Under the pieces are notes generated by a model. That model was not told the origin of the DNA, did no database searches, and was given only the letters and a program-made list of their open reading frames with translations. The position numbers and the translations under genes are program-made. This document shows positions 48,488 to 59,526 of a stretch of DNA of 64,000 bases, in pieces. Every line of letters begins with the position of its first letter. Positions within the stretch are counted from its first letter, which is position 1. This DNA is from an uncultured Ignavibacteria bacterium (GTDB taxonomy: Bacteria; Bacteroidota; Ignavibacteria; SZUA-365), in the NCBI GenBank assembly GCA_913061095.1, contig CAJXVM010000022.1, forward strand, positions 7,845 through 71,844, read 5' to 3'.

Positions 48488-50428
48488 ATGAAACACGTTC
48501 TGACCGCCTTCCTTCTTACTCTTCTCATCCTTCCCGCACATGCCCAGGTCCCGCCCACCGACAACCTCGAGGTGAGCGGCATCCCGCCCATCCCCGAATC
48601 CGTCGTGGAGCGCACGAACCAGTACTTCAACGTCCGCGGCGCCGGCTTCACCGGCTGGCTGCCCGACGGCGACGGCATGTACATTTCCACGCGCTTCGGC
48701 AACACGAATCAGATCCATCACGTCTCCGGCCCCGGCATGGCGCGCCGGCAGCTCACGTTTTTCGAAGAGCCTGTCTACGGCGCCTCCCCGGATCCACGCG
48801 AGGGGAAAAACGGCTTCTGCTTCTCGCGCGACGTGGGTGGTGGGGAGTTCTACCAGATCTTCTATTTCGACCGCGACCGCGGCGAGTCGTGGATGCTCAC
48901 CGACGGCAAGAGCCGCAACTCCGGTGCCTACTGGTCCAACAGCAGCGGCGTGTTCACCTTTTCCTCCAACCGCCGCGACGGGAAAAACACCGACGTCTGG
49001 ATCATGGATCCGGATCAGGCGGACGGCGCACGAATCCTCACCGAAAAGGAAGGATCGTGGTACGGCGCGGCCTGGTCTCCCGACGACAGCCGCCTGCTCG
49101 TCATACAGTACGTGTCCGCGAACGAAACCCACCCCTGGATCATCGACGTCAGCAGCCGGGACATGGCAGCAATGTTCCCGGAAAGCGATCGGCAAGTATC
49201 CTACAGCAGCTTTGAGTGGGCGCCCGACGGCAACACGATTTACTACACCTCCGACGAGGATGACGAATTCCAGCAGCTGCACGCCTACGACGTCTCCGCC
49301 GGCACGACGCGCAATCTCACGCCCGAACTCAATTGGGATATCGTGAATCTCGAAGTCTCCGACGACGGCCGCTGGCTCGCCTACACGACGAACGAGGACG
49401 GCATCTCCCGGCTGCACCTGTTCAGCATGCCGGGCATGAAGCCCGCGCGCCACGAACCGATTCGGGTCGGACTCATCGGCGGCATGAAATTCAACGAAGC
49501 GGGCACGAAGCTCGCGCTGAATATCAACGCGGCCGACAGTCCGACCGACGCCTGGGTGATCGACCTGCCCGGCGGCACGGTGACGAGGTGGACCTACAGC
49601 GAGGTGGGCGGACTCAACACCGCCTCCTTCGTCACGCCCGAACTGATTCACTATCCCACCTTCGACACCGACGAAAGCGGCGCCGTGCGTAACATCCCGG
49701 CATTCATGTACCTGCCCGAAAACGCGCGCGGCAGCGTACCGGTGATCATCGACATCCATGGCGGACCCGAGGGACAGTCCCGGCCGTGGTTCTCCTCGAT
49801 CACGCAGTACTGGGTCAACGAACTCGGCTGCGCCGTCATCCTGCCCAACGTGCGCGGATCTACCGGCTACGGCAAGAGCTACCTCGCGCTGGACAATGGC
49901 TTCAACCGCGAGGAATCCGTCAAAGACATCGGCGCGCTGCTCGACTGGATCGAAACGCAGCCCGGGCTCGACGCGGATCGCGTGGCCGTGTATGGCGGTT
50001 CCTACGGCGGTTACATGGTGCTCGCCGCGATGACGAATTATCCCGAGCGCATCCGCTGCGGAGTGGACATCGTGGGGATATCGAACTTCGTGACCTTCCT
50101 CGAAAACACGAAGGAATACCGGCAGGATCTTCGTCGGGTGGAATACGGTGACGAGCGGGATCCCGACATGCGCGCGTTTCTGCAGAACATCTCACCGACA
50201 AACAACGCCGACAAAATCCGCAGCCCGCTCTTCGTGGCGCAGGGGGAGAACGATCCCCGCGTGCCCGCGAGCGAAGCGCGGCAGATCGTCACAGCGGTGG
50301 AAGACAACGGCATCCCGGTGTGGACGCTGTTCGCAAAAGACGAGGGCCACGGGTTCCGGAAGAAGAACAACCGGGATTACTTCAACTGGTCCACCATACT
50401 GTTTTTCCAGGAATTTCTTCTGAAGTGA
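48488..50428 (+). CDS. S9-family serine peptidase (prolyl oligopeptidase / acylaminoacyl-peptidase-like) with an N-terminal β-propeller
   Basis: Signal peptide MKHVLTAFLLTLLILPAHAQ, propeller region, catalytic GGSYGGY (Ser nucleophile) and the C-terminal D/H region. Confidence 0.8.
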   Translation: MKHVLTAFLLTLLILPAHAQVPPTDNLEVSGIPPIPESVVERTNQYFNVRGAGFTGWLPDGDGMYISTRFGNTNQIHHVSGPGMARRQLTFFEEPVYGASPDPREGKNGFCFSRDVGGGEFYQIFYFDRDRGESWMLTDGKSRNSGAYWSNSSGVFTFSSNRRDGKNTDVWIMDPDQADGARILTEKEGSWYGAAWSPDDSRLLVIQYVSANETHPWIIDVSSRDMAAMFPESDRQVSYSSFEWAPDGNTIYYTSDEDDEFQQLHAYDVSAGTTRNLTPELNWDIVNLEVSDDGRWLAYTTNEDGISRLHLFSMPGMKPARHEPIRVGLIGGMKFNEAGTKLALNINAADSPTDAWVIDLPGGTVTRWTYSEVGGLNTASFVTPELIHYPTFDTDESGAVRNIPAFMYLPENARGSVPVIIDIHGGPEGQSRPWFSSITQYWVNELGCAVILPNVRGSTGYGKSYLALDNGFNREESVKDIGALLDWIETQPGLDADRVAVYGGSYGGYMVLAAMTNYPERIRCGVDIVGISNFVTFLENTKEYRQDLRRVEYGDERDPDMRAFLQNISPTNNADKIRSPLFVAQGENDPRVPASEARQIVTAVEDNGIPVWTLFAKDEGHGFRKKNNRDYFNWSTILFFQEFLLK

Positions 50429-50433
50429 GCGCC

Positions 50434-50763
50434 ATGAGCCGGGACACATCCATACAGCAGGACAGCCGCCGCGTCATCGCGACGCAGTTCGGCCTCGAAT
50501 TCGACGAGGAGGGACCACAGAGTATCGAGGACCGCGAACACGCCTTCCGGGCGCTGCTGATCGAACGCATCGTCGCCCTGCTCACGCATGACATGGAGCG
50601 GCTGATGAACATCCTCTACCGTGTGGATGTTTCCGAGGAGCTCGCCGCGCAGGCCTTCCGCGACAACGCGCCGGAGCACATCGCTCCGGCGCTCGCGGAT
50701 CTCATCATCGCGCGCCAGCTCGCCAAGGCCGAAACCCGCGCGCGGTACAGGGACGGTATATAA
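50434..50763 (+). CDS. Small hypothetical protein
   Basis: 109-aa frame starting 5 nt after the S9 peptidase stop; no recognisable motif. Confidence 0.35.
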   Translation: MSRDTSIQQDSRRVIATQFGLEFDEEGPQSIEDREHAFRALLIERIVALLTHDMERLMNILYRVDVSEELAAQAFRDNAPEHIAPALADLIIARQLAKAETRARYRDGI

Positions 50764-50766
50764 AAA

Positions 50767-51912
50767 TCAGATCTGCTTCGAGCGGATCCGCACTCTCCCC
50801 TCTTCGACCTCCACCTCGATCTTCTCGCGCATTTCTTCCATCTTTTCGCGCAGCTCTTCCTGCAGTTCCTTCATTTCGATCTCCTTGCCGTTGAGCATGA
50901 TGCGCATTTCGCGGAGTCCTTCGCGCATGTCGTCGGCGTCAATGTCGATGTCGATGTCCACTTCGGGGACATTCCCCAGCGCCTCCTCGACGATCTCCTC
51001 GATTTCTTCCGCGTCGGGGATGCTCTCGAAATCGATACCCTCGTCATCGGAACGGAAACGGAACACATGCGGGCCGCCCTGGCCGTACCAGTGGAAGCGG
51101 TGCTCCTCGATTTCCTTCGCGGTCAGCTCGAGCGTCATTTCCTTCCCATTCCGGAGGATCTGCACGGGAATCTTCTCGCCGGGATCGTAGGCGCCGAGCA
51201 CGTGCTTGAAATCCTTCACGTCCTCGACGGTCTTTTTGCCCGCACGCAGGATCACGTCGCCGGCCCTGAATCCCGCCTTCGCGGCGTCGCTGTCCTCTTC
51301 CACTTCCTTCACCAGCACGCCCTCGCCCTCCGGCGCGCCGAAATAGGCGGCAAGCTGCTCACCGAGCGTCTCGATGACCAGTCCGTACGATGAAGAGTGA
51401 TCCCACGTCATGCCGTGTCCGCCGATGTCCATGCGGGGTGCGCGGGGCGCACGCGGAGCGCGCGGCATGCGGATGTTCCTCATGATCTTGACAATGCGCT
51501 GCTTCGCCGTGCCGAGACGGACGTCCAGCGTCATTTGCTTTCCGTTACGCATGAGCGTCACGGTCGCCATGCTGCCGGGATCGCTCTTGCCCACGGCTTT
51601 GACCAGCGCGTCGGCGTCCTCGATTTCGACGTTGTTGAAGGCGATGATGATGTCATCCACTTCGATGCCGGCGGAGTCGGCCGGACTGTCTTCCACCACC
51701 TCGTACACCCAGGCGCCCGTTGCATCGTTGAGTCCTGCCTCTTCAGCGGCCTCATCGGTGACATCTTTGATTTTCACGCCCAGCCAGCCGCCGTTGAGTT
51801 TCATCACAACCTCGTCTTCGTCGTCACCGCCGGTTGCGGCCGTCGTCGTCGAGACATCGCCGAGAAAGCCCAGCAGAAGCAGGACGGGCAGAATGATATA
51901 CAGTGGTTTCAT
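50767..51912 (-). CDS. Secreted protein with two PDZ domains
   Basis: Signal peptide MKPLYIILPVLLLLGFLG and two PDZ-like blocks (GAWVYEVVEDSPADSAGIEVDDIIIAFNN and GVLVKEVEEDSDAAKAGFRAGDVILRAGKK), a PRAPRAPRAPR repeat, and an acidic C-terminal tail. Confidence 0.65.
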   Translation of the reverse strand: MKPLYIILPVLLLLGFLGDVSTTTAATGGDDEDEVVMKLNGGWLGVKIKDVTDEAAEEAGLNDATGAWVYEVVEDSPADSAGIEVDDIIIAFNNVEIEDADALVKAVGKSDPGSMATVTLMRNGKQMTLDVRLGTAKQRIVKIMRNIRMPRAPRAPRAPRMDIGGHGMTWDHSSSYGLVIETLGEQLAAYFGAPEGEGVLVKEVEEDSDAAKAGFRAGDVILRAGKKTVEDVKDFKHVLGAYDPGEKIPVQILRNGKEMTLELTAKEIEEHRFHWYGQGGPHVFRFRSDDEGIDFESIPDAEEIEEIVEEALGNVPEVDIDIDIDADDMREGLREMRIMLNGKEIEMKELQEELREKMEEMREKIEVEVEEGRVRIRSKQI

Positions 51913-52077
51913 GATTCACTCCATCAGTATCGTTCAGCGGAATTGTGTGCCTTGTCTTCGTTTAGACGGAGGGATCGCTCTTTTGTTCCATGTGAAATCC
52001 GTAATTTCCCGTGACGCCATTCCGTCGTCCTGCAACCCTTTTCGCCTTCGCCGCGTCATAGTCGTCGGAGGCAATGC

Positions 52078-52696
52078 CATGATTGCAGGACAGTACACCA
52101 TCGACATTCCCATCATTCGCGAGCGCATGCAGCACGCCATTGCCGACATCGACCACACTCTGCTCGACCGCGCCGCCGCGGGCGACATCATGGCATTCCG
52201 CACGATTTACGACGAGTGGAAGGCGCCGATGTACACGCTGGCCTTCCGCTTTCACGGCAATCGCGAGGATGCAGAGGACAGCCTGCAGGAGGCCTTTGTG
52301 CACATGTACCGCGGCATCGGCGGCTTTCGGCGCGAGGCGCGCTTTTCCTCCTGGATGTACCGCATCGTCATGAACGCCTGCATTTCGAGCACGCGTCCGA
52401 AACGCAGCGGCGAACGCCCCGTGGATCTGCGCGGCGAAGCGGAGCAGCCCGCCGCTGCGGATCCCGACCGCGACGCGGTGATGCGCGATATCCTCGAAGA
52501 GGAAATCGCCCGCCTTCCCGAACTGCAGCGCGCCGTGTTCCTGCTGCATGCGGACCAGGGACAGACGCACGGCGACATCGCGGACATCCTTCGCATCGGC
52601 GTGGGAACGTCGAAATCCTATTACCATCGCGCGCGCACGGCGCTGAAGGAGGCGCTCGCGCGGCGTGGCATTCATCACCTGGAGGTGCAATCATGA
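52078..52696 (+). CDS. ECF-subfamily RNA polymerase sigma-70 factor
   Basis: Region 2 (FRTIYDEWKAPMYTLAFRFHGNREDAEDSLQEAFVHMYR) and region 4 HTH (LPELQRAVFLLHADQGQTHGDIADILRIGVGTSKSYYHRAR). Start at the ATG at 52078, preceded by GGAGG. Confidence 0.8.
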
Positions 52697-53277
52697 CTCC
52701 CGAACAGGACCGTCCCGACGACCTCGAGCGCTACGTCGAGCGCCTGCCGCGGCATGAGCCCGGCGACGCCCTGTGGACGCGCATCGAACACTCGCTGCGC
52801 GAAGAGCAGCGCGCCGTGCGGGACGCGCAGACCGATCCCGGCATCATCGAGCGGCTCGCGCGCCTGTTCCGCGTGCGTGGACGCACGGTCGTCGTCAGCG
52901 CCGTCATGCTGCTCGTGGGCGTCGCCATGAGCTGGCTGCTGCTCAGCGATTACACGCTGCGGCAGGAAGAGCGCCTCGCGGCGGAGGAAAGCGACGAAAT
53001 GCTGCTCGACGCCGAGAGCGACATCCGGCAGGCGATCTTCTATTACGAGCGCGCGATCGACAAGCTCACCGTCCTCGCCGAGCGCAGCGAGGATCAGCTC
53101 GATCCGAAATTCGTCGCGCTGCAGAAAGACAAGATCGAACTCCTGCGCGCATCCATCGCGGAGTGCAAGGCGGCCATGCGCATCAACGGCGCGAATCCCG
53201 ATGTGCAGCATTACCTCTTCGCCGCCTACACCGACCTCCAGCAGACGCTGCAGCACATGGTCTCCCGGGCACAGTAG
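52693..53277 (+). CDS. Anti-sigma factor (single-pass membrane protein)
   Basis: The ATG overlaps the sigma-factor stop (ATGA). The N-terminal cytoplasmic region has HEPGDALWTRIEHSL, followed by one transmembrane helix (VVVSAVMLLVGVAMSWLLL) and a periplasmic helical domain. Confidence 0.65.
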   Translation: MTPEQDRPDDLERYVERLPRHEPGDALWTRIEHSLREEQRAVRDAQTDPGIIERLARLFRVRGRTVVVSAVMLLVGVAMSWLLLSDYTLRQEERLAAEESDEMLLDAESDIRQAIFYYERAIDKLTVLAERSEDQLDPKFVALQKDKIELLRASIAECKAAMRINGANPDVQHYLFAAYTDLQQTLQHMVSRAQ

Positions 53278-53385
53278 GGTCCCGCCATGCGGGAATCACC
53301 CGGCAGGTGGGCAGATCCCGGTGCGCCGGCAGCACCCGGCAGACGGAACGATCCAGAAACACTGCAATCTTTTACGGACACAATG

Positions 53386-54327
53386 ACATGGAATGGCATC
53401 ATGAAAACGATCATCATCACACTCGCAGTCGCCCTCTTCGCCGGCAGCACCGCCACGGCGCAGGAGTATGAGCGCACGATCAGGGAATCCTACAAAACGA
53501 CCGGCAGTCCGGAAGTCGTCGTCGACAGCCGCTTCGGCTCGGTCGACGTGCACACCGGCAGCGGCAGCACCGTCGACGCGGTCGTCACCGTCAACGTCGC
53601 GGCGGAATCGAAAGAAGAAGCACGGAAAATCGCCGAGAAGGTGCGGGTGGAAGTGAAAGGAAATTCGAAATTAGTCACCGTCCGCACCGCCCTCCCAGGC
53701 GGTATGGACGAAGAAGACGGCGCCGAGCGCAACATCACCATCGACGTCAACCTGAGCGTCCCGGCGAAAAGCCGCGTCGCCGTCGACAGCAAGTTCGGCG
53801 ACGTGGATGTCAGCGGCGTCGCGGGCAGCGTCGCGGTGGAGTGCGACTTCGGTTCGGCGGAAATCAAGAAATGTTCGAACGTGCGCGCCCAGTTCTCCTT
53901 CGGCGACCTCTCGCTGGGCGCCATCGAGGGCAGCCTTGCGGCGGAAGGGAAAATGGGACAGATCATCGCCTACGACATCCCGGGCGGCGAAATCAGCAGT
54001 TCCTACGGCGACGTGGAAATCAACGGCGTGAAAGGATCGCTCGACCTGACTTCCTCCATGGGCTCGCTGACCGTGAAGGGCATGAAAAACGGCACGATCA
54101 CGAACAGCTACGGCAGCGTGGACATCACCCTTCCTTCCTCCTTCAGCGGACGCATCGAGGCGTCCTCCTCCTTCGGCTCCGTCGATTCCGAGGTCGAACT
54201 GAAATCCGAAAAGAAGAAGCGCTCCCCCGGCGATATGGGCGATAAAAAATTCGGCAGCGTCGGCTCCGGCAGCGACCGCCTGGTGATCAAGACCAGTTTC
54301 GGGGATGTGAATATCGAAAAGGAGTGA
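53386..54327 (+). CDS. DUF4097-family β-helical putative adhesin (YvlB-like)
   Basis: Signal peptide, then repetitive β-solenoid repeats of the form GSVDV..GSGS / FGDVDVSGVAGSVAVE... typical of DUF4097. Confidence 0.6.
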   Translation, partial: TWNGIMKTIIITLAVALFAGSTATAQEYERTIRESYKTTGSPEVVVDSRFGSVDVHTGSGSTVDAVVTVNVAAESKEEARKIAEKVRVEVKGNSKLVTVRTALPGGMDEEDGAERNITIDVNLSVPAKSRVAVDSKFGDVDVSGVAGSVAVECDFGSAEIKKCSNVRAQFSFGDLSLGAIEGSLAAEGKMGQIIAYDIPGGEISSSYGDVEINGVKGSLDLTSSMGSLTVKGMKNGTITNSYGSVDITLPSSFSGRIEASSSFGSVDSEVELKSEKKKRSPGDMGDKKFGSVGSGSDRLVIKTSFGDVNIEKE

Positions 54328-54438
54328 CGGACTCGACGGGAGAACTGAATCTTTTATTCCCATCCTCCGTATATGACAAATTGGAAGGCCGGCATTCCGG
54401 CCTTCCGGTACGTCTCATCTTCAGCCTGGAGTATACAC

Positions 54439-55353
54439 ATGAAACGATTCACCGCATTCCTTGCGCTGCTCGTCTTTGCCCTGATGCAGACGGCGAGCGC
54501 GCAGAACGTCTACGGAGAAATGAAACTGGAATACACCGACGGATTCCTGCTCGCGAAAACGGCCATGCCGAACGGTGAGCAGGGCTGGTTCGCCGTGGAT
54601 CTCGCCACGGGCACCACGGCGGTCACAAAGGCCTATGCCGGCACCTCGCAGATCGAGGACATGCGCGATGACCGCGATCCGCTCGCGCGTCCGGCCGCTC
54701 ACTTCGCGCTCGGCGGGTTCGGCGTCAGCAGCGAAATCGTCGGGACAACCACAATGCCCAGGCTGACCGTCGGAGGGTTGCAGTTCGAAAACGCGAAAGT
54801 CATGGTCATGGACCGCATGCCCGAAGTCGGCGGACGCCATCTCGCCGGTATCCTGGGCCTCGACATGCTGCGCCGCGCCGAGATCGCCGTGTTCATGTAC
54901 GGCGACTCCCCGCGCCTGCTGCTCAAGAGCCGCGAGCGTCCGGCTGCCGAAGGCGCCCTGGTCGTGCCCATGCGCGTGGAGAACGACTACGTGCTCATCG
55001 ACGGCAAGCTGAACGGCGAGCCCGTGCATTTTCTCATCGACACCGGTTCACCGGAATCCTACATCCCGGTGAAAACCGTGCGCGCCACCGGCGCCGCGGC
55101 CGTGCCGAATTCCACCCGCACCATCACGCTGCTCGACGGCTCGAAGACGAAAATACGCGATGCGCAGGTGAAATCGCTCGACATCGCGGGACGCAGTTTC
55201 AGCACGGCGGATTTCCGCATCGGTGAGCTGCCGGTGTTCGGCATGCTTCCGGGGGATGTCACGCCCGTGCTTCTGGGAAATTCCTTCCTCGGGGCGATGC
55301 AGTCCGTGCAGTTCAATTTTTCGGAAAAGACGGTCCGGCTGATCGTGCAATGA
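54439..55353 (+). CDS. Retropepsin-like aspartic protease domain protein
   Basis: Signal peptide MKRFTAFLALLVFALMQTASAQ and an HFLIDTGSPESYI (DTG) active-site motif with flanking hydrophobic blocks. Confidence 0.6.
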   Translation: MKRFTAFLALLVFALMQTASAQNVYGEMKLEYTDGFLLAKTAMPNGEQGWFAVDLATGTTAVTKAYAGTSQIEDMRDDRDPLARPAAHFALGGFGVSSEIVGTTTMPRLTVGGLQFENAKVMVMDRMPEVGGRHLAGILGLDMLRRAEIAVFMYGDSPRLLLKSRERPAAEGALVVPMRVENDYVLIDGKLNGEPVHFLIDTGSPESYIPVKTVRATGAAAVPNSTRTITLLDGSKTKIRDAQVKSLDIAGRSFSTADFRIGELPVFGMLPGDVTPVLLGNSFLGAMQSVQFNFSEKTVRLIVQ

Positions 55354-55383
55354 CATCACCTCACCCATGACAGTCTGGACAAC

Positions 55384-55409
55384 GGGGCGGCAGCGATGCC
55401 GCCCTTTTT
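55384..55409 (+). terminator. Rho-independent terminator
   Basis: GGGCGGCA-GCGA-TGCCGCCC followed by TTTTT. Confidence 0.65.
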
Positions 55410-55591
55410 CATGCTCACAATTCCCCAACACAACGCTAATACCTTCATTACAGGCGGATCGTAGTTTTACACCGATGTATCCGGAACATGAAGCTTCATG
55501 CTTCCAGTCCTTTTCGCTGGTCGATTCCGGAGACAGGAACGGCAATGATGCACAACTCCATCCATATACCATTCCAACATGAGGTGTCTAT

Positions 55592-58343
55592 GCGACTCGC
55601 TACGATCGCGCTGCTGATCGTTCTTTCCACGGCCACGGTCCTGGCTCAGGGAACCGGAACGATCAGCGGCAAGGTGACCGACGAGGATGATTTCTCCCTT
55701 GCCGGAGCCAACGTGTTCATCAAGGAAATCCGCAAGGGAACGGCGACGGACAAGAACGGCGAATTCACGCTGATCAATGTTCCCGCCGGTACACACACGA
55801 TGACCTTCTCCTACCTCGGCTTCCGCACCGAAACGCGGCAGGTGGAGGTGTCCGCGGGCGGCGTGGCGGAAGTGGACGTCACGATGCAGTCCGGCGTCAT
55901 CCGCGGCGAGGAAGTCGTCATTCTCGGCGAGCGGCTGAAAGGACAGGCCAGGAGCCTGAACCAACAGCGCAACAATCCCAACATTACCAACATCGTTTCA
56001 TCCGATCAGATCGGCCGTTTCCCCGACGCCAACATCGGCGACGCGCTCAAGCGCATCCCTGCCATCACGGTGAACTACGATCAGGGCGAAGCGCGCTTCG
56101 CCAACATTCGCGGCACCGAACCGCGCCTGAATTCCATCATGATCAACGGCGAGCGCATCCCCTCCGCGGAAGCGGAAATTCGTTCGGTGCAGGTGGACCT
56201 CATTCCCTCCGACGCCATCGCTTCGATCGAAGTGAACAAGGCCGTCACGCCCGACATGGACGCTGACGCCATCGGCGGTTCGGTGAATCTCATCACGCGC
56301 GGCGCACCGAGCGACCTGCGCCTGTCGGCCACGCTCGGCAGCGGCTACAATATGCTGTCGGAGGAACCGCTCCTGATCGGATCCGCCGTCGTCGGTTCGC
56401 GCTTTCTCGATGACCGCGTCGGCATCATGCTCAGCGGTGCGTATCATAACCACCAGCTCGGTTCCCACAACTCTGAAGGCGAGTGGGATCAGGAGGATGG
56501 AAACATCTTTGTCGACGAGTGGGAAGTGCGCCGCTACGTGATCCAGCGCGTGCGCCAGAGCGTATCTGGTACCGTCGACTACAAGCTCGACCCGACCAAC
56601 ACGCTCTTCCTGCGCGGCATCTACAACCACCGCAATGACTGGGAAAATCGCTACGCGCTGGCGTACGGACTCGGCCAGCCCAGCGGTGGTGTGTTCGACG
56701 AGGGAGAAATAGTGCGAGAGACCAAGGGCGGCATCGGCGACGATCTCAACGACGGCGCGCGGCTCGAGGATCAGCGCATGTATTCCTTCAGCCTTGCCGG
56801 TGATCACCTGTTCGGCGGCTCCGTGAAGGTGGACTGGTCCGCCGCATATTCCAAGGCGTCGGAAGAGCGTCCCAACGAGCGCTACATTGCGTGGGTCGCT
56901 GAGGATATCCCGGTCGGCGTGGACGTCTCCGATCCCGAGACCCCGTATTTCAATCCCCTCAATCCGGATGACGTCGCCCTGACCCGCTTCGAACTCGACG
57001 AACTGACTGAAGAGTACCAGTACACCGACGAGATCGACTTCAACGCCCGGCTCGACCTGGAGATTCCGATTGTCGGACAGGGAGAGTATAAAAGCAGCCT
57101 GAAGTTCGGCGGACGCATGCGCATGAAGGAAAAGCAGCGCGACAACGATTTCTACGAGTACGAACCGCTCGGTGACTTCCTCATGACGGACACGCAGATT
57201 GAGGATTATACCGTGGAGGATTTCCTCGCCGGCGATTACCGCTCGGGATACTTCACTTCAAGTGACGGACTCGGCGCGCTCGACCTGAACAATCCCGCCC
57301 TGTTCGAGAAAACACGTCTCAGCGAGGAGTTCGCCGCGGATAACTATACGGCAACCGAAGACATCTACGCCGGTTACCTGCAGCTGAACCAGCATCTCGG
57401 CCGCAAGCTCTACATGATCGCGGGCGTGCGCTTCGAGCAGACCAGCGTCGACTACCAGGGCAACCAGTTCAACGACGAGACCGAGGAAGTCACGCCCACC
57501 GAGGGATCCGACGATTACATGAACGTGCTGCCCGGACTGCATTTCAAGTACAATGTCGACAACAACACCATCCTCCGCTTCGCCTGGACGAACACGCTGG
57601 CGCGGCCGAACTACTTCGACCTCGTTCCGTACCGCTCCATCGCCGTCGAGGATGAAGAACTCGAGGAAGGAAATCCCATGCTCGAGCCGACCCGGTCGAT
57701 GAACTTCGACATCATGGCGGAGCAGTATTTCGAGAGCGTCGGCATCATCTCGGGCGGACTGTTCTACAAGGACATCACCGACTTCATCTACATTTACAGC
57801 CAGGACGACTACCTCGATCCCGTCAGCGGCAACACCTACGAGTTCTTCCAGCCGCGCAACGGCGCCGCGGCGACGCTGCTCGGTTTCGAGTTCGCCTTCC
57901 AGCGCCAGCTGACCTTCCTGCCGGGCGTTCTCAAGAACCTCGGCCTCTACACGAACTACACCTTCACCTCGTCGACCACCGACAACCCGGATTTCCCCGA
58001 GGACCAGGACGTGGAGCTGCCGGGTGCCGCGCCGCATACGATCAACGCTTCACTGACCTACCAGGATCAGCGATTCGTCGTCGGACTCTCCTTCAATTAC
58101 ACCAGTCCCTACCTCGATCCCGACGACCTCGACCTCACGCCCGGGCTTGAGCGCTATTACGACGCGGTCACCTATCTCGACATGAACGCGTCCTATGCCA
58201 TCACACCGCAGCTGCGCGTATTCGTCGAGGCCAACAACCTGCTCAACCAGCCGCTGCGCTACTACGCCGGCGAAAGCATCCGCACCTACCAGGCGGAGTA
58301 CTACAACCGCCGCTTCTCGGCCGGCATCAAGTTCGATCTCTGA
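55592..58343 (+). CDS. TonB-dependent outer-membrane receptor with an N-terminal carboxypeptidase-regulatory-like domain
   Basis: Signal peptide MRLATIALLIVLSTATVLAQ; the CarbopepD_reg-like block GKVTDEDDFSLAGANVFIKEIRKGTATDKNGEFTLINVPAGTHTMTFSYLGF; plug-domain and barrel motifs; C-terminal ...RRFSAGIKFDL (terminal aromatic-X-hydrophobic). Confidence 0.8.
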
Positions 58344-58360
58344 TCATCACATGCACAGGG

Positions 58361-58390
58361 AACGGCGGACTCCGGTCCGCCGTTTTCCGT
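58361..58390 (+). terminator. Rho-independent terminator after the TonB-dependent receptor gene
   Basis: AACGGCGGAC-TCCG-GTCCGCCGTT followed by TTCCGTATT. Confidence 0.6.
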
Positions 58391-58404
58391 ATTGAAATCA
58401 CAAC

Positions 58405-59526
58405 ATGCATCACATTCATCAACCAACCGGCACACCGCGCATGATTCGCATCAACGTCACACTGCTCCTCCTGTCCGCCCTGCTCATCCTCGCCGCCTGC
58501 GGCAGAACGGAAAACACCGACACCGCCGCGGATGCCTCCGCCGCAGACTCTTCCGCCGCAGGCATCCCGGTGATCATCGAGGAATTCCTCACCGACTGGG
58601 ATGAGACCGACAACGTCGACTCGCCCGCCGTCTGGCACGGTCCGGACGGAGAGCACTGGGTCATCTCCACCTGCAAATCCACCGACCGGCTCATCGTGCA
58701 TGACGCCGCGACCGGCGAACTCGTGCGCTACGTGGGCTCGACCGGCGAGGGTGCGGGACAATTCCGGCGTCCCAACGGCATCGCCGTCGTTGACGACCTC
58801 GCCATTGTCGTCGAGCGCGACAACCACCGCGTGCAGGTGCTGCGCCTGCCGTCGTGGGAATCCATCGGCATCTTCGGCGCGGATGATCTCGTGCTGCCCT
58901 ACGGCATCGCCCTGCGCCGCGACGCCGGCGGCTACGTGCTGTACGTCACCGACAACTACGAAACCGCCGACGAGCAGGTGCCGCCGGATTCCCTGCTCGG
59001 CGAACGGGTGAAGATGTTTTCCATGGATGTGTCGGATGGACGGGCGCGCGGCGCGCTGCTGAAACGCTTCGGCGCTGTCGACGGCGCGGGACGCCTGCGC
59101 GTGGTGGAATCCATCGCCGTCGACACCGTGCACAACCGCCTGCTCCTCGCCGAGGAGGATGCGCGCTTCAACGACATCAAGGTGTACGATCTCGACGGCC
59201 GCTTCACGGGACGCATCATGGGGGATGGCATATTCCGCTATCAGCCCGAGGGCATCGTGCTCTACACGCTGCCGGACGGCGAGGGCTGGTGGATTACCAC
59301 CGACCAGGACGAAGGAGACAACACCTTCGTGATTTTCGACCGCCGCACACTCCAGCACGTGGCCTCGTTCAAGCCCGCGGTGATCGCGAACACCGACGGC
59401 ATCGCCCTCACACAGCGCTCGTTCGGTCCGTTTTCCGCCGGCGCCCTCTTCGCCGTGCACAACGACGGCGGCGTCGGCGCGCTCGACTGGCAGACTATCG
59501 CGGATTCATTGGGCCTCGGGAGGTGA
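58405..59526 (+). CDS. β-propeller phytase-like lipoprotein
   Basis: Lipobox LLILAAC, then NVDSPAVWHGPDGEHWVISTCKSTDRLIVHD and repeated blade motifs (YGIALRR..., VDTVHNRLLLAEE...), consistent with the 3-phytase β-propeller fold. Confidence 0.55.
   Translation: MHHIHQPTGTPRMIRINVTLLLLSALLILAACGRTENTDTAADASAADSSAAGIPVIIEEFLTDWDETDNVDSPAVWHGPDGEHWVISTCKSTDRLIVHDAATGELVRYVGSTGEGAGQFRRPNGIAVVDDLAIVVERDNHRVQVLRLPSWESIGIFGADDLVLPYGIALRRDAGGYVLYVTDNYETADEQVPPDSLLGERVKMFSMDVSDGRARGALLKRFGAVDGAGRLRVVESIAVDTVHNRLLLAEEDARFNDIKVYDLDGRFTGRIMGDGIFRYQPEGIVLYTLPDGEGWWITTDQDEGDNTFVIFDRRTLQHVASFKPAVIANTDGIALTQRSFGPFSAGALFAVHNDGGVGALDWQTIADSLGLGR

Noticed and set aside
51410-52077. Upstream extension of the sigma-factor ORF (428 aa in track)
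   Set aside because: Overlaps the PDZ gene on the opposite strand; ECF sigma factors are ~200 aa and a ribosome-binding site precedes the Met at 52078.
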